Assembly (NCBI GenBank): GCA_013239625.1
Contig: MU053376.1
Coordinates: 1,822,833 to 1,845,400 of the forward strand
Reading direction: 5' to 3'
DNA length: 22,568 bases
Source: Lama guanicoe
Lineage: Eukaryota
The notes beneath the pieces were generated by a model. It ran no database searches. It had not been told where the DNA came from and saw only the letters and a list, made by a program, of their open reading frames with translations. Each line of letters starts with the position of its first letter. The stretch's first letter is position 1. The position numbers and the translations under genes are program-made. Below, in pieces: positions 1 to 9,626 of the stretch.

Positions 1-32
1 CACCCCCGCAGCGATTAGGATCTGGGCTGGGG

Positions 33-68
33 CTGATCGCCCCCTCCCCTTTTCCCTGCATTTACAGG
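33..68 (+). promoter_or_regulatory. 3' splice acceptor (branch point, polypyrimidine tract, CAG)
   Basis: ggCTGATcgcccccctccccttttccctgcatttaCAG|g; the yUnAy branch A at 36 is ~31 nt from the AG. Confidence 0.7.
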
Positions 69-265
69 CAAGTGAACCGGAGCAAACGACTTCCGATCCA
101 GTCTGCGCTGCCGCGGCTCCCGTTTGGGATTTGATTTGCAGCATCTTCGAGCCTGTGCAACAAAAAACCGCGAAGCACGCCCAGCCCTCCCTCGGCACCC
201 CGATACGCACCCACTCCCTCCCAGGGACCCAGCTGGGCGCGTCCACACCCCCGCACCCCCACACC

Positions 266-307
266 ATGTTGTGCGGAAGGACTTCCACTCCCCGCCTGTG
301 TCGTTGA
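266..307 (+). other. uORF1, MLCGRTSTPRLCR* (13 aa)
   Basis: cacaccATGt (A at -3) to TGA at 305-307, within the predicted 5'UTR. Translation is not demonstrated. Confidence 0.6.
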
Positions 308-354
308 TGTCAGACCCCAGGCCAGCCTCCCGGCGCTGCAGTTCTCCCGGCTAA
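307..354 (+). other. uORF2, MSDPRPASRRCSSPG* (15 aa)
   Basis: ATG 307-309 overlaps the uORF1 stop (TGATG); ends at TAA 352-354. Confidence 0.5.
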
Positions 355-380
355 TGCTGAGGCTGCGGCTCGGGCTCTAG
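354..380 (+). other. uORF3, MLRLRLGL* (8 aa)
   Basis: ATG 354-356 overlaps the uORF2 stop (TAATG); ends at TAG 378-380. Confidence 0.5.
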
Positions 381-428
381 CACAGGAACCGACCGCTGCC
401 GCGCCCGGCCCCCGCGCCCACCGTCTGC

Positions 429-443
429 ATGTGCCCGCCGTAG
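429..443 (+). other. uORF4, MCPP* (4 aa)
   Basis: ATG TGC CCG CCG TAG; the last ATG before the main start, with 166 nt between its stop and the main ATG. Confidence 0.45.
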
Positions 444-609
444 CCGCCTGCCCAGCCGGCAGCCCGCGCTCCCTGGAGCGCTGGAGACCACCGCGGGGGG
501 CCCCTTCTGGCCTCAGGAGACGCGATCTTGGAGGTATTGATTTCGGTGGTTGAATTTTTTTCGTGGATCTATCAATTCACAATTCGAATTTGGAAGAAAG
601 AAGGAAAAC

Positions 610-676
610 ATGACGTCTCCAGCCAAATTCAAAAAGGATAAGGAGATAATAGCAGAGTACGATACTCAGGTCAAAG
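610..676 (+). CDS. SRGAP2: SRGAP2 (SLIT-ROBO Rho GTPase-activating protein 2) first coding exon segment, N-terminus leading into the F-BAR domain; partial CDS continuing beyond the window
   Basis: ATG at 610 (gaaaacATGa, A at -3) translates to MTSPAKFKKDKEIIAEYDTQVK, which I recognise as the SRGAP2 N-terminus. It is followed by one G and a canonical donor AAAG|GTAAGG at 676/677 (phase 1). An in-frame upstream TGA lies at 538-540. Too short to appear in the ORF track. Confidence 0.96.
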
Positions 677-682
677 GTAAGG
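674..682 (+). promoter_or_regulatory. 5' splice donor of the first coding exon
   Basis: AAG|GTAAGG is close to the consensus MAG|GTRAGT. G-runs downstream (~780, ~946-960) are typical intronic splicing enhancers. Confidence 0.92.
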
Positions 683-2714
683 GCTTTGAAAAATAGCATA
701 ATGCATATGCTCTGTGGACCACTGAGACATGTATTTCCATCCTGATGTGCAGGATGTTCATTTCTTTGGGTGGAGCAGGTGGGGGCAGGCTGACCCCAGA
801 GGTGGTTTCCATAGGTGGATCTGAGCCTCCAAGGGATTGTCCATGCCAGGGACCACAGGCTCTGGAAAGGAATTTTTGGAGTGGGCTTTAGATTTGTCTG
901 TAAGGCTGGCCATTATTTTGGCAGTCCTTTCCCCCAGGCTAAATAGGGTGGGGGGAGGGGCAGGAGGTTCTTGGAGAGAGAAAGGCGGGAATTTGCCCCT
1001 GGGTGTCTGGGTCAGGTTTCCTTGAAGGACAACTGAAATCTGACAGGTGTTTGGGAATTTATTTCAGAGGTTGAAGAAGAGTCCAGGCAGAAAAAGGCAA
1101 CCATGAGAAAGAAGGTGTACCATTTGGAGAGCCCTGGGAGAGGCGGGGTTTTTCTCTGATGCACTATATCAAAACATGACATTTGCTTTGGCATCAGACA
1201 CAGAAAGTGTGTGGACACCTTGGGTGCACCTTGTACCTGCCTGGTCGTCTCTGGTTGTCTGCATTCAATCAGAGATCAGAGAACAGAAAGAATAAGGACA
1301 CTCACACCCCGTCTCCGCCCTCATCTAAACCTGAATGGAGTTGGGATGTTGCTGGGTGGTGCTGATTCTGGAGAATGGAAAGACATAATTGTTTAACCCT
1401 TCTGTACTGTTGTCCTCTGCTCCCGAATACCTGCTTACTTCCCTCTCTGCAAAAATGTGAGGGGTAAAGTAAAATGTGGACCTAGAGAAAGCAAGTGACC
1501 TGTCGGCACATCTAGTCGACTGCCTGACTTGGCACATGAATCAAAACCCCCTCCCTGATAGCCTTTTTAAACCAGCAGTTCTCATAGAAGGGGATCCTGC
1601 CTGTTAAAGAGCCCCAGCATATGGTTGTGCAAGACGCCATCCCTTCCTGGCCAGTCCAGAAAGAGCCATGTGGCTGTTGCCCATTGAGACCTCAGCTGGG
1701 GACTGGGAGAGGTGGGTGGCCTTGAATGTTACACCACATGGTTGGAGCTCTGGGTTTTCCTTTGTTTCAGAGTACAGAGGGAGGGGCCCTCCTTCTTCCC
1801 CTGCACCAATGCAAGGAGACCTCTTCCTATCATAGAGGACTTGGGAAGGGCCATGTTTCTTCCTTAATGATTGCTGGGGGTGTGGGTAGGGGTAGAGTTT
1901 GAAATGGGCAGCTACCTTATCTCTTGGAAGGTTGAAAGGTAGTTTGAAGTCCCCATTGTGCCTATAGGATCTTTTTAATGTCATCAGCTTGGTCAATGCT
2001 GGAGGTGCTCTGAGGGACCGTCTATCCACTTGGCTGCAAATATTGGTGGGTTTATTACAGAGATGGGGGAGTTGACTGATGGATAGCTTCAGTTGAACTG
2101 GGATTGGGAGAGGTGTGGTTGTGAGGTATAATTGAGGTCTTGGCCTCTTGTCACTATTCATAATCCTGGCCTGTTTTTGTAAACAATAGGCCAGTGGCCA
2201 CAGTGTCCTTTCCAGATGCATTGCATTTCTCTCCTGGAATCCCCCCTGCAGTTTTAATCAGATATGTCATTTTTTAAAAATACATCCTATTCTTAACTGT
2301 TGCCATAGGGAGTGTTAATAACTTTGACTTTCCCTGATTTCTCTCCAGGAGCACGCCATTTGACTGAGGTGCAAAGTGATTTTCCATGTTTATTTTTTGG
2401 AAGGTTCAGGGCTGATAAGTGTTAATAGAACTGTGTCTGCTGAGTCCTTATTGGTGAAGGATTTCTCACAAGTGTCTAAAAATCGAACACTTTGTGTATT
2501 TACAAACATTGCTCACTGAGATGATGTAATGCAGTTGGCTATTTGGGGTTTCTCTTCAACCTTGCCACAAGCAGGGGACTCTTTCTCTTTGCTCTGATAT
2601 TATTTCATCAACACTATTCAGGATCATAGAATTTTACAGGAGGCTGAGCATGGTGTCTCACTCAGAGAAGGCGCCCGGTAAATGCTTATGAAACAGATCT
2701 GAATGGTTTGGTCC

Positions 2715-2825
2715 CTCGTTTACAGCTCAGGCGAGTACAGAGAAATTAGGAGGCTTGTCCAAGGTCACACAGCTAGGTGGTGGTAGATCTGAAAAGAGAA
2801 GCAGGTTATTGACTCCCAATTCTGT
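2715..2825 (-). mobile_element. MIR SINE fragment
   Basis: cttgtccaaggtcacacagctaggtggtgg is the reverse complement of the MIR core CACTTACTAGCTGTGTGACCTTGGGCAAG. Confidence 0.7.
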
Positions 2826-2914
2826 ATTCTGTTCTATTCTATTCATACTTACTATGAAACCTCATCTGACCAGAGTAGGAAAAAAAAATCCTTAAGAAAC
2901 CCAAATCTATCAAT

Positions 2915-3125
2915 GGATAATGGTAATAGTGATGAGAATAGATTACATTTTGGGTGCTCATTATATTCCAGTTTGTCCCAAGTGCTTTATAAGAACTGTC
3001 CCGGTTCATCTTGACTTCAAACTTAGAGGTGGATATTACTTCGTCCTCTATTCCCTGCACGGAAAACTGAGGCTTAGAGAGGATAAAGAAGCCCTCCCAA
3101 CCAAGGTCACACAGCCAGATAACAG
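2915..3125 (-). mobile_element. MIR SINE
   Basis: ggaaaactgaggcttagagagg...ccaaggtcacacagccag and the tail-derived gtgctcattat...aagtgcttt match reverse MIR. Confidence 0.75.
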
Positions 3126-3131
3126 TGGCTA

Positions 3132-3240
3132 TTCCTTCATTCATCAGCTAGTTATCGAGTGCCATGAATGGGTTCTGGGGACTGGTGATGTGGCAGTGAA
3201 CGAGACAAAGTCCCCTCCCTCATGAAGCTTGCATTCTAGA
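3132..3240 (-). mobile_element. LINE-2 3' end fragment
   Basis: ttcattcatc...ttatcgagtgcc...cagtgaacgagacaaagtcccctccctcatgaagcttgcattctag is a typical reverse L2 terminus. Confidence 0.75.
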
Positions 3241-3434
3241 GTCCATGTTCTCCATGGAAGGTCACAGAACTTGGGGACAAAGGACCTGGCTTCTGGGTTG
3301 GCTCTGCACCCCCACTAGCTGGAAGCTCCTGGCCAGATTTATGACATTCAGCTTTTTATGTGTTGTATGGGACTCGCAGTGGTGCCAGTCTTGTTTCACA
3401 GATGCCAAGATAAAACAGAAAATTGCTGTTTTGG

Positions 3435-3670
3435 TCTGGTGGTAAAGAGCGCAAGTTTTTGAGTCAGAGGGATCCAGGCTGAAATCTCAGTGCTGTCACT
3501 CGCTTGCCTCACACCTTGGCTACGTTAGCTGACTTGTCCAAGCCTCTGTATCCTAACCTGGAAAACAGGCAACATAATATGCATTTCCTAAGGTCGCTGT
3601 GAGGATTCGAGGAGACAGTATATCAAAACCATTTCGCACAGTATCTGGCACTTTAAGTACTCAGTAATAG
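3435..3670 (+). mobile_element. MIR SINE, near full length
   Basis: gtggtaaagagcgc...gagtcagag...gtcgctgtgaggatt...cacagtatctggcac..taagtactcagtaa follows the MIR consensus from head to tail. Confidence 0.75.
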
Positions 3671-3774
3671 TGCAGTGTGTTCCTCTGTCAGTGAGCCCTC
3701 CTTACTGAATTAGGGTGACCATTAAGTCCACATTTCCTGTTCACTCCCTAAGTGCCAGCTATAATGACAAGAAG

Positions 3775-3930
3775 CAAGTCTCGGAATGAAACTTGAGTTC
3801 TAGTTTAAATTCCTCCAGTAGTAGCGAAGGGTCTCTTGGGTCAGTCACTTAAACCCTTTAGACCTCAGTTTCCCTTTCTGTAAGATGAGCAGGTAAACTG
3901 TCTACTCGTTGGCCACTCATGGGTTCTGTA
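3775..3930 (+). mobile_element. MIR SINE fragment
   Basis: cttgggtcagtcacttaaaccctttagacctcagtttccctttctgtaagatg matches the MIR core. Confidence 0.7.
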
Positions 3931-5881
3931 TGTCTCTGACCAGAGTCCTGGGTCTTGCTTGCAGAGTCAGAATGTTTTGAATCAAGGGGACTCGAAATGG
4001 ACTTTGGGGGACCCTGTCTATCCTGGGGTTTTTGGCTTCCTTTAAAGCACCTGTGTGCATGTGCCCTGAAGGACTTCTGACTGCAGTCCCAGCCCTACCC
4101 CAGTGTGGTTTTAGGAGGGGCGTGCCTCTTCAGTCAGCCTGCCTTGGAGCCGCCTTCTTAAAAACCATCATTGTTTCTGGTTTGTGGGTGTTCAGATTCC
4201 TTTGAAAGTTCATGCCTTTCAATCTCTGACTCGAAAGCAATAATATTCTTAGTACTTGTACGTGGCTCTTTTCAATTTACAAAGCACTTCATATGCATTA
4301 ATCTCCAGAAATTCTTGACAGATTCAAGGTCAGATTCACGGTCATACCTGAGACCTTTTGGCCCCTAGCCTGTTAGCGTCTTTTGGGATTGGAGCAGCGA
4401 AAGGTGGTAAGGTGCAGGGCATGGTTGCAGGAGGTGATAATCTGGGTGGTTATCTGGGTGAGTTCCCATTCACGGCAGACCCTCCCAGCCATTGTCCTGG
4501 CCTTGTTCAGGGCTCCCTTTCCTAGACCCTTTCCATACCTTGAATTTTTCCAGTCCCCCAGAAAACTTGAGATCGATAGTTAATGCAAATATTCCAGGAG
4601 GAATCATCTGAAACAGTGGCACTGTGTACTGAGCCGTCAAATTCTCTTTCTTCAGAACATTAGGGGTCTTTCTTTTTTTTTTTTTTTTTTAATGTCTTAG
4701 AAGAACAGTGTGTGTGCACCACAGAGCTGAGAAGTGAAATTTTGTAATTTCCATCTGGAGCATTTTGATAGAAAAGCCTCAGGCTTTTGCCTGGAACAGT
4801 TTAACCCATTCAGGACCCTTTCAGAGCAAGAGATGAAATTTAAAACTCTAGACATATTGTGTATGCACATGCACTTGGGAATGCGGATTGCTGGTATTTA
4901 AACAAGCTTGCTCCCCCAGGGAGGTGTGAGCGGTTCTTCATTCCTGCCAACAAAGGTCTTCTCTGAAGCTTGTTTCCTCCCAGCCCCCACTCCTCAAGGG
5001 AGCTTTAAATATAATCAGTTTGTGAAAAGCTGCAGTAAAACATCTCGTTGGAATCCCCAAACAGATGCTATCATCTTCCCGTGAGATGATTGAAGGCACC
5101 TCTTCCCTTGCTTGGGGAAAATAGGACTCTGCAGTACTATGAGCTCCTGGAAGAAAATGAAGCTCCTGGAAAAATTCAAGTACTGTAACTCTGTATCTCA
5201 GAGTTAAAAGGCCCTGGAGGAAGGTGGTGGGCAGGGAGCTGGGGATGCTGTGTAGTGTGCAAAGCAGCAATGGTTAGAAACTGGGAGGAGTCCTTAGCTT
5301 TTCCAGTTTCAGGCATCCTCTTGGGGAATGGGAACAAGTTTCCTTTGGAGAAGCCCATCTGGTAGTTTTGGCCACATCATCATGCACCACACAGGTTGAA
5401 AGCCTGGACAAGCCCTGATCATATCTCTGAAGTTTACAGAGTCTGACCTGGCGCTGGTATGTAGGGTCCACACCCTTTTAAAATCAGCAGGTGCCCAGCC
5501 CCTGACGCATAAACTCCCGCTGTTCACTCAAGATAAATGTGGGCTGCCAGTGGCACCTGTAGAGTTCTCCTTCCAGAAGAGAGGTTTTCTTCATGGGAAT
5601 CGTGTTTACCTTAGACCCTAGACCTCTTTGTTAGGAAAATGTGATGTCATGTTGCAGGGAAAAGAAGTTGATGTTTAGATTTCTACTGGTAATGAAATGC
5701 AAGTGAGCAGTTCTAACTGGTGTTAGCTGCAGAACTGGCCTTTTGGGGAATCTGAGAAAGTTGCCTTTGAAGTTGTTTGCTATAAAAATAAATAATGTGA
5801 GCACTTAAAAATATTTTTAGAAATTACAAAGTAACACCTGTACTGATTTTACAATAATGTGTAGGACCTCTCATCTCTCTC

Positions 5882-6318
5882 TTTAATTATGGTAAAAGAC
5901 ACATAACATAAAACTCACCATCATCATCATTCTTAAGTGTGCAGTTCAGTGGCATTAAGTACATTCACATTGTTGAATTACAATCGCCAGCATCTGTCCA
6001 CAGAACTCTTCATTTTGCAGAGTTGAAGCTCTGTACCCATTAAGCAGTGACTCCTCCCACCCCTCATTTGACAACTCTAGGTACCTCATATAAGTGAACT
6101 CATACAGTATTTGTCCTTTTGTGACTGGCTTATTTCACTTAGCATAATGTCTTAAAGGTTAATCCATGTTGTAGCATATGTCAGAATTTCCTTCCTTTTT
6201 AAGGACATTGTATGTATAAACCACATTTTGTTTATCCATTCATCCATTCCATGGGCACTTGGGTTGCTTCAAGCTTTTGGTTGTTGCAAATAATGCTGCT
6301 AGGAACATAGGTATATTC
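5882..6318 (-). mobile_element. Ancient L1 (L1MA/L1MB-like) 3' end
   Basis: aagtgtgcagttcagtggcattaagtacattcacattgttg...catacagtatttgtccttttgtgactggcttatttcacttagcataatgtc...tttatccattcatc...cacttgggttgcttc are hallmark reverse L1M 3' motifs. Confidence 0.9.
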
Positions 6319-6594
6319 CAATTTTTAAAAAAAATGTCCTCTGCTATTATTTTACCTAATAAAACTGAAAAATGAAAAAAAAAAGCCCTCTGCACCAAAG
6401 TTTAACAGGCCTGTATATACATTTCTATATAATCACTATCCTAATAAAATTTTTTAGAGTTAAAATTTAAATATAATTCATATTTTCATATTATAAATAT
6501 ATATTGTAAATATGTATGTTCATACTATAACATTATATATTAATAATAATTTTAAACCTTTTAATAATTGCACAAATGACTCAACTTTTATTGT

Positions 6595-6750
6595 ATTTTT
6601 CACAGCTTTATAGGAGTTTAATTAACGTACAATAAATTGCATGTGTTTAAGATGTCCTTTAAACATTTGATAGGTTCTGACATATGTAACTATGAAACCA
6701 TCATAATCAAGATAAGTGAACAAAACCATCGCCACCAAAAGTTTTTTCAT
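6595..6750 (-). mobile_element. Ancient L1M 3' terminal fragment
   Basis: cagctttat...tacaataaattgcatgtgtttaag...tgaaaccatcataatcaagata...aaaagttttttcat resembles a reverse L1MA/MB terminus. Confidence 0.65.
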
Positions 6751-6821
6751 CATAATGTGTTAATAAATGAATAATATAATAATATAATGTAATACAATAT
6801 TGCATTATAGAAATGATATCA

Positions 6822-6980
6822 GGGGGCGGGTATAGCTCAAGTGGTAGAACACATGCTTAGCATGCACAAGGTCCTGGGTTCAATTCCCAGTACCTCCTCC
6901 AAAAATAAATAAACTTAATTACCTGCCCCTTGCCAAAATAAAATGATTAAATAATTAACAAATAAAATATTAAAAAAAAA
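6822..6980 (+). mobile_element. tRNA-Ala(AGC)-derived SINE (camelid vic-1-like) with 14-bp target-site duplication
   Basis: Head GGGGGCGGGTATAGCTCAAGTGGTAGAACACATGCTTAGCATGCACAAGGTCCTGGGTTCAATTCCCAGTACCTCC, with A box and B box; AT-rich tail with aattacctgcccc and poly(A). TSD AGAAATGATATCAG at 6809-6822 and 6980-6993. Confidence 0.9.
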
Positions 6981-7584
6981 GAAATGATATCAGCTAAAAA
7001 ATAAGTAAAAGCCAGGTATTACCAAGTTTTAAAAAGAAATAAATAATGATCCAAGCCACCCAGATGGGAAAATTTATTTCCGTTGGTGAATAAGGACAAA
7101 CAATCTTCCAGCGAAGTTGGGCGAATCATTGTGTCTCAGTGATTACTCTGTTTAGGAAGGGAGGGCACAGGATAGGGGAAGAGAGAAAAGAAAAAAACCT
7201 TGCACGTGTTACAAGTTGGAGAGTGGAATCAGTCCCCTGGGCCTCACGCCTCTTCTGAAGGGGTCATAAGTGAGCCAGATGCCAAGGGGAGGGGCTGGGG
7301 GCTCCCGTGGGAGTTCTGCACAGACTGTTAGGAGCATGGCTTCTTTCCTCAAATGATTGAGTCCCTATTGCCTGTTGGATACAGACCACATTTCCAAGAT
7401 GAACATTACTTGGTCCTCAATCTGGCTGCAACCTGTCATTTCAACCATTCTTTTTCATTTTACTTTAAGAGGACTGGAGGCCTATGTGGACTATTTGCCA
7501 TTCTTTAGATGGCATGTACTATTAGCTAACATTTTGCTGTTTGTTTGGGGCTTCATGTACTAGATATTCCTGCTCAACACTCTA

Positions 7585-7765
7585 CAGAGATTATGTTGTA
7601 ATCCTTACACCAATTCTAGGAGGAATATATTGTTATCCTATTTTGCTGCTGAAGAAATTGAGGTGTAGGAGATTCAGCGACTCACCAAGGGGCTGCAGCT
7701 GGTGAATGATGGAACAGGAATTAGAACCTTGGCCATGGTCAGAGTCCGAGTTCTGAACACTGTTC
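7585..7765 (-). mobile_element. MIR SINE
   Basis: taatccttacaccaattctaggagg...ttatcctattttgctgctgaagaaattgagg...ctcaccaagg...cagctggtgaatgatggaac is reverse MIR. Confidence 0.7.
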
Positions 7766-7999
7766 ATGGACTACCTCTTTGTCCCTGCCTAGCCCCACAT
7801 TTCCACCTACTGAAATTCACCCTTCTAGTAAAGCCCAGCTTCTCTGGGGTGCCTTCCGTGGTCACACTGACCAGAAATGACTCATTGCTTTTGTTTATTC
7901 ACATAGCGCCATGGCATGGATCTTGTCCTGTCTTAGGTTTTAAATATTTGTCTTTCAGTCTTCTCTTTTCTCCTAGACTTTTGGTAGGAGTGTTTTGAG

Positions 8000-8198
8000 G
8001 CTGTATGCAATACAAAGCACATAGGCTTTGGAAGTAGCCCTTAGTGGGATTCTTGTAGCATCACTTCTGTGTTCTATGGCTTTGCTCAGGTCACTCAACT
8101 TCTCTTCCAAGCCTACTTTGCTGGTTTATTGCAAATGTGTGTAAATTGCTAGTTCAGTGTACGGCAAATACTAACTGCTAAATAAGTAGCTTTTATTA
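8000..8198 (+). mobile_element. Degenerate MIR
   Basis: aaagcacataggctttggaag...ggtcactcaacttctc...gtgtaaattgctagttcagtgtacggcaaatactaactgctaaataa...ttttatta. Confidence 0.55.
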
Positions 8199-8489
8199 TG
8201 GGGGTCCCTTCAGATAGGAAACATATCTAAAATGATATTATAGCCTAAATGGTGGCTCTTAGTAAATATATACTAGCTATAATGATGAATGCATAAATGA
8301 ATGACCTGGACTACTACAAATAATTTTTTTAAAAATAGTTTCTTAATTTGATCTTGACAATATATCTTGCACACTACCACCAAAGTGATTTTTTTAAAAA
8401 AGAAACTTACTGTTTGGCTAAAGTCATAGTGTAAATGATGGTTTACATCCATCACTTGTCACTTACCTTGCTCATGTATTATCCCACCA

Positions 8490-8835
8490 GAAAGGTAAAC
8501 TGCCTCTCATTTCCTTACCATGTTATGTTATTTCATGCTTTGTGCTCAGCTCAGATGTCACCACCTCCAGGAAGTCTTCCCTGCTTATCCCTACTCTCTG
8601 GGTAGTGACCCTGTACAGGATCCCAAGCAGGATTCCTCAACATCTCTGCACAGGGTTAATCAACAGCACCTTTAGCATCTCCTCAGCAGTGTCTTTGTGT
8701 TTACTTGTATATTGCACTCATCATATTACATTGTAACCTCTTCCTTTACACCACACAGAATTGTCTTTTATTTGTTTTCATGCATCCAGCTTCTAGGCAG
8801 ATAGTAAGCACTAAAATACTTGTACATCAAATGTG
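8490..8835 (+). mobile_element. LINE-2 3' region fragment
   Basis: cagctcagatgtcaccacctccaggaagtcttccctg and the terminal gcttctaggcagatagtaagcactaaaatacttg match L2. Confidence 0.65.
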
Positions 8836-9626
8836 AACCTTTTCTGAGTTGAGGTTGAATGTGACACTGCCACGATGCCTTGCTTTTGCATTTCTCCCCA
8901 TACTCCAGGCACAAGACTTCTCCTTATGTCAATGTTATTTGAAATTCAAAGTAGATCAAGCATTGTGAATGTTATCATTATACAAGCACAACTGTGAACT
9001 ATGTAACACCGTGAAAGCTCCCCAATGGGGTAAGTTTTTCCTTATTTACTACCCCCACTGTGCTCTTTAGAATCATCCTATAATTGAGTCCTTCAATCTT
9101 GTCTCTTTCCTTGGAAACTGAGGAAAATATTAACTCTGAAATTTAAAACAAAGAGTTTAAAACCAAAGGAAGCTTTTCTGTAATGGAAGCAAAATACATT
9201 CTACATTTGTCCAGGATTATTCATCACTTAAAGCAGATATTCCGAGACTGAAATTGAGAAAGTTTAGGTCTACTTTAACCAGGAATTAAAAACAGAATTG
9301 ACTTGGAAGAGGACCTGCTCTGATAATTTTTTGAAGCATGGGTTTGGAGGGAGCTGTTGCCTCATTAAAAGCAGCTGCATGATCTGTGGTGAAAAGGGCA
9401 AGAATGGTCCAAAGGGACAAACAGAAAAACTCTCCCCTCTGGTTTTTCAAGTCATTTGGTATTAAGTAGCCTTGACTTTATTTATACATTGTGAATGAAT
9501 GGTTCCCGTATATATTGAAATATATTCATGAGGAAGGGAAAGCAGCTGGGAAGTGTACCTCTTCCATTTCTGTGGGTATTTTAGGATGCCATCTGTTAGG
9601 GAGACGGCTGAGTCTTTTTTTTTTTT

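Larger units (their letters stand above)
1..530. promoter_or_regulatory. CpG island (3' part of the SRGAP2 promoter-associated island)
   Basis: High GC content and dense CpG (e.g. ccgcggc, gccgcgcccggcccccgcgc), falling abruptly after ~560. Confidence 0.85.
68..609 (+). other. SRGAP2: SRGAP2 5'UTR portion of the ATG-containing exon (predicted exon 68..676)
   Basis: Upstream acceptor: branch-like CTGAT (33-37), pyrimidine tract (~39-63) and TTTACAG|G at 67/68. This implies a non-coding exon upstream of the window. The sequence is GC-rich and leads to the ATG at 610. Confidence 0.7.

Noticed and set aside
124..354. 76-aa + strand ORF in the track
   Set aside because: It starts at TTG rather than ATG. 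Only the ATG-initiated tail (307-354) is retained, as uORF2.
541..609. N-terminal extension of SRGAP2 from a near-cognate start
   Set aside because: The in-frame TGA at 538-540 limits any extension to 23 codons or fewer, and there is no ATG in the interval.
1604..2221. 205-aa ORF on the - strand (longest in the track)
   Set aside because: No recognisable domain or homology and no convincing exon signals. It is compatible with a chance antisense ORF in G-rich intron sequence. It does not resemble FAM72A, which should lie upstream of the window.
2839..3225. Overlapping 101-aa ORFs on both strands
   Set aside because: They lie across MIR and L2 fragments and are spurious.
6822..6900. Possible tRNA-Ala(AGC) gene
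   Set aside because: It has an extended G-rich 5' end and an imperfect acceptor stem, is followed by a SINE body and poly(A), is flanked by a TSD, and has a second diverged copy at 14043-14171. It is a SINE head, not a tRNA.
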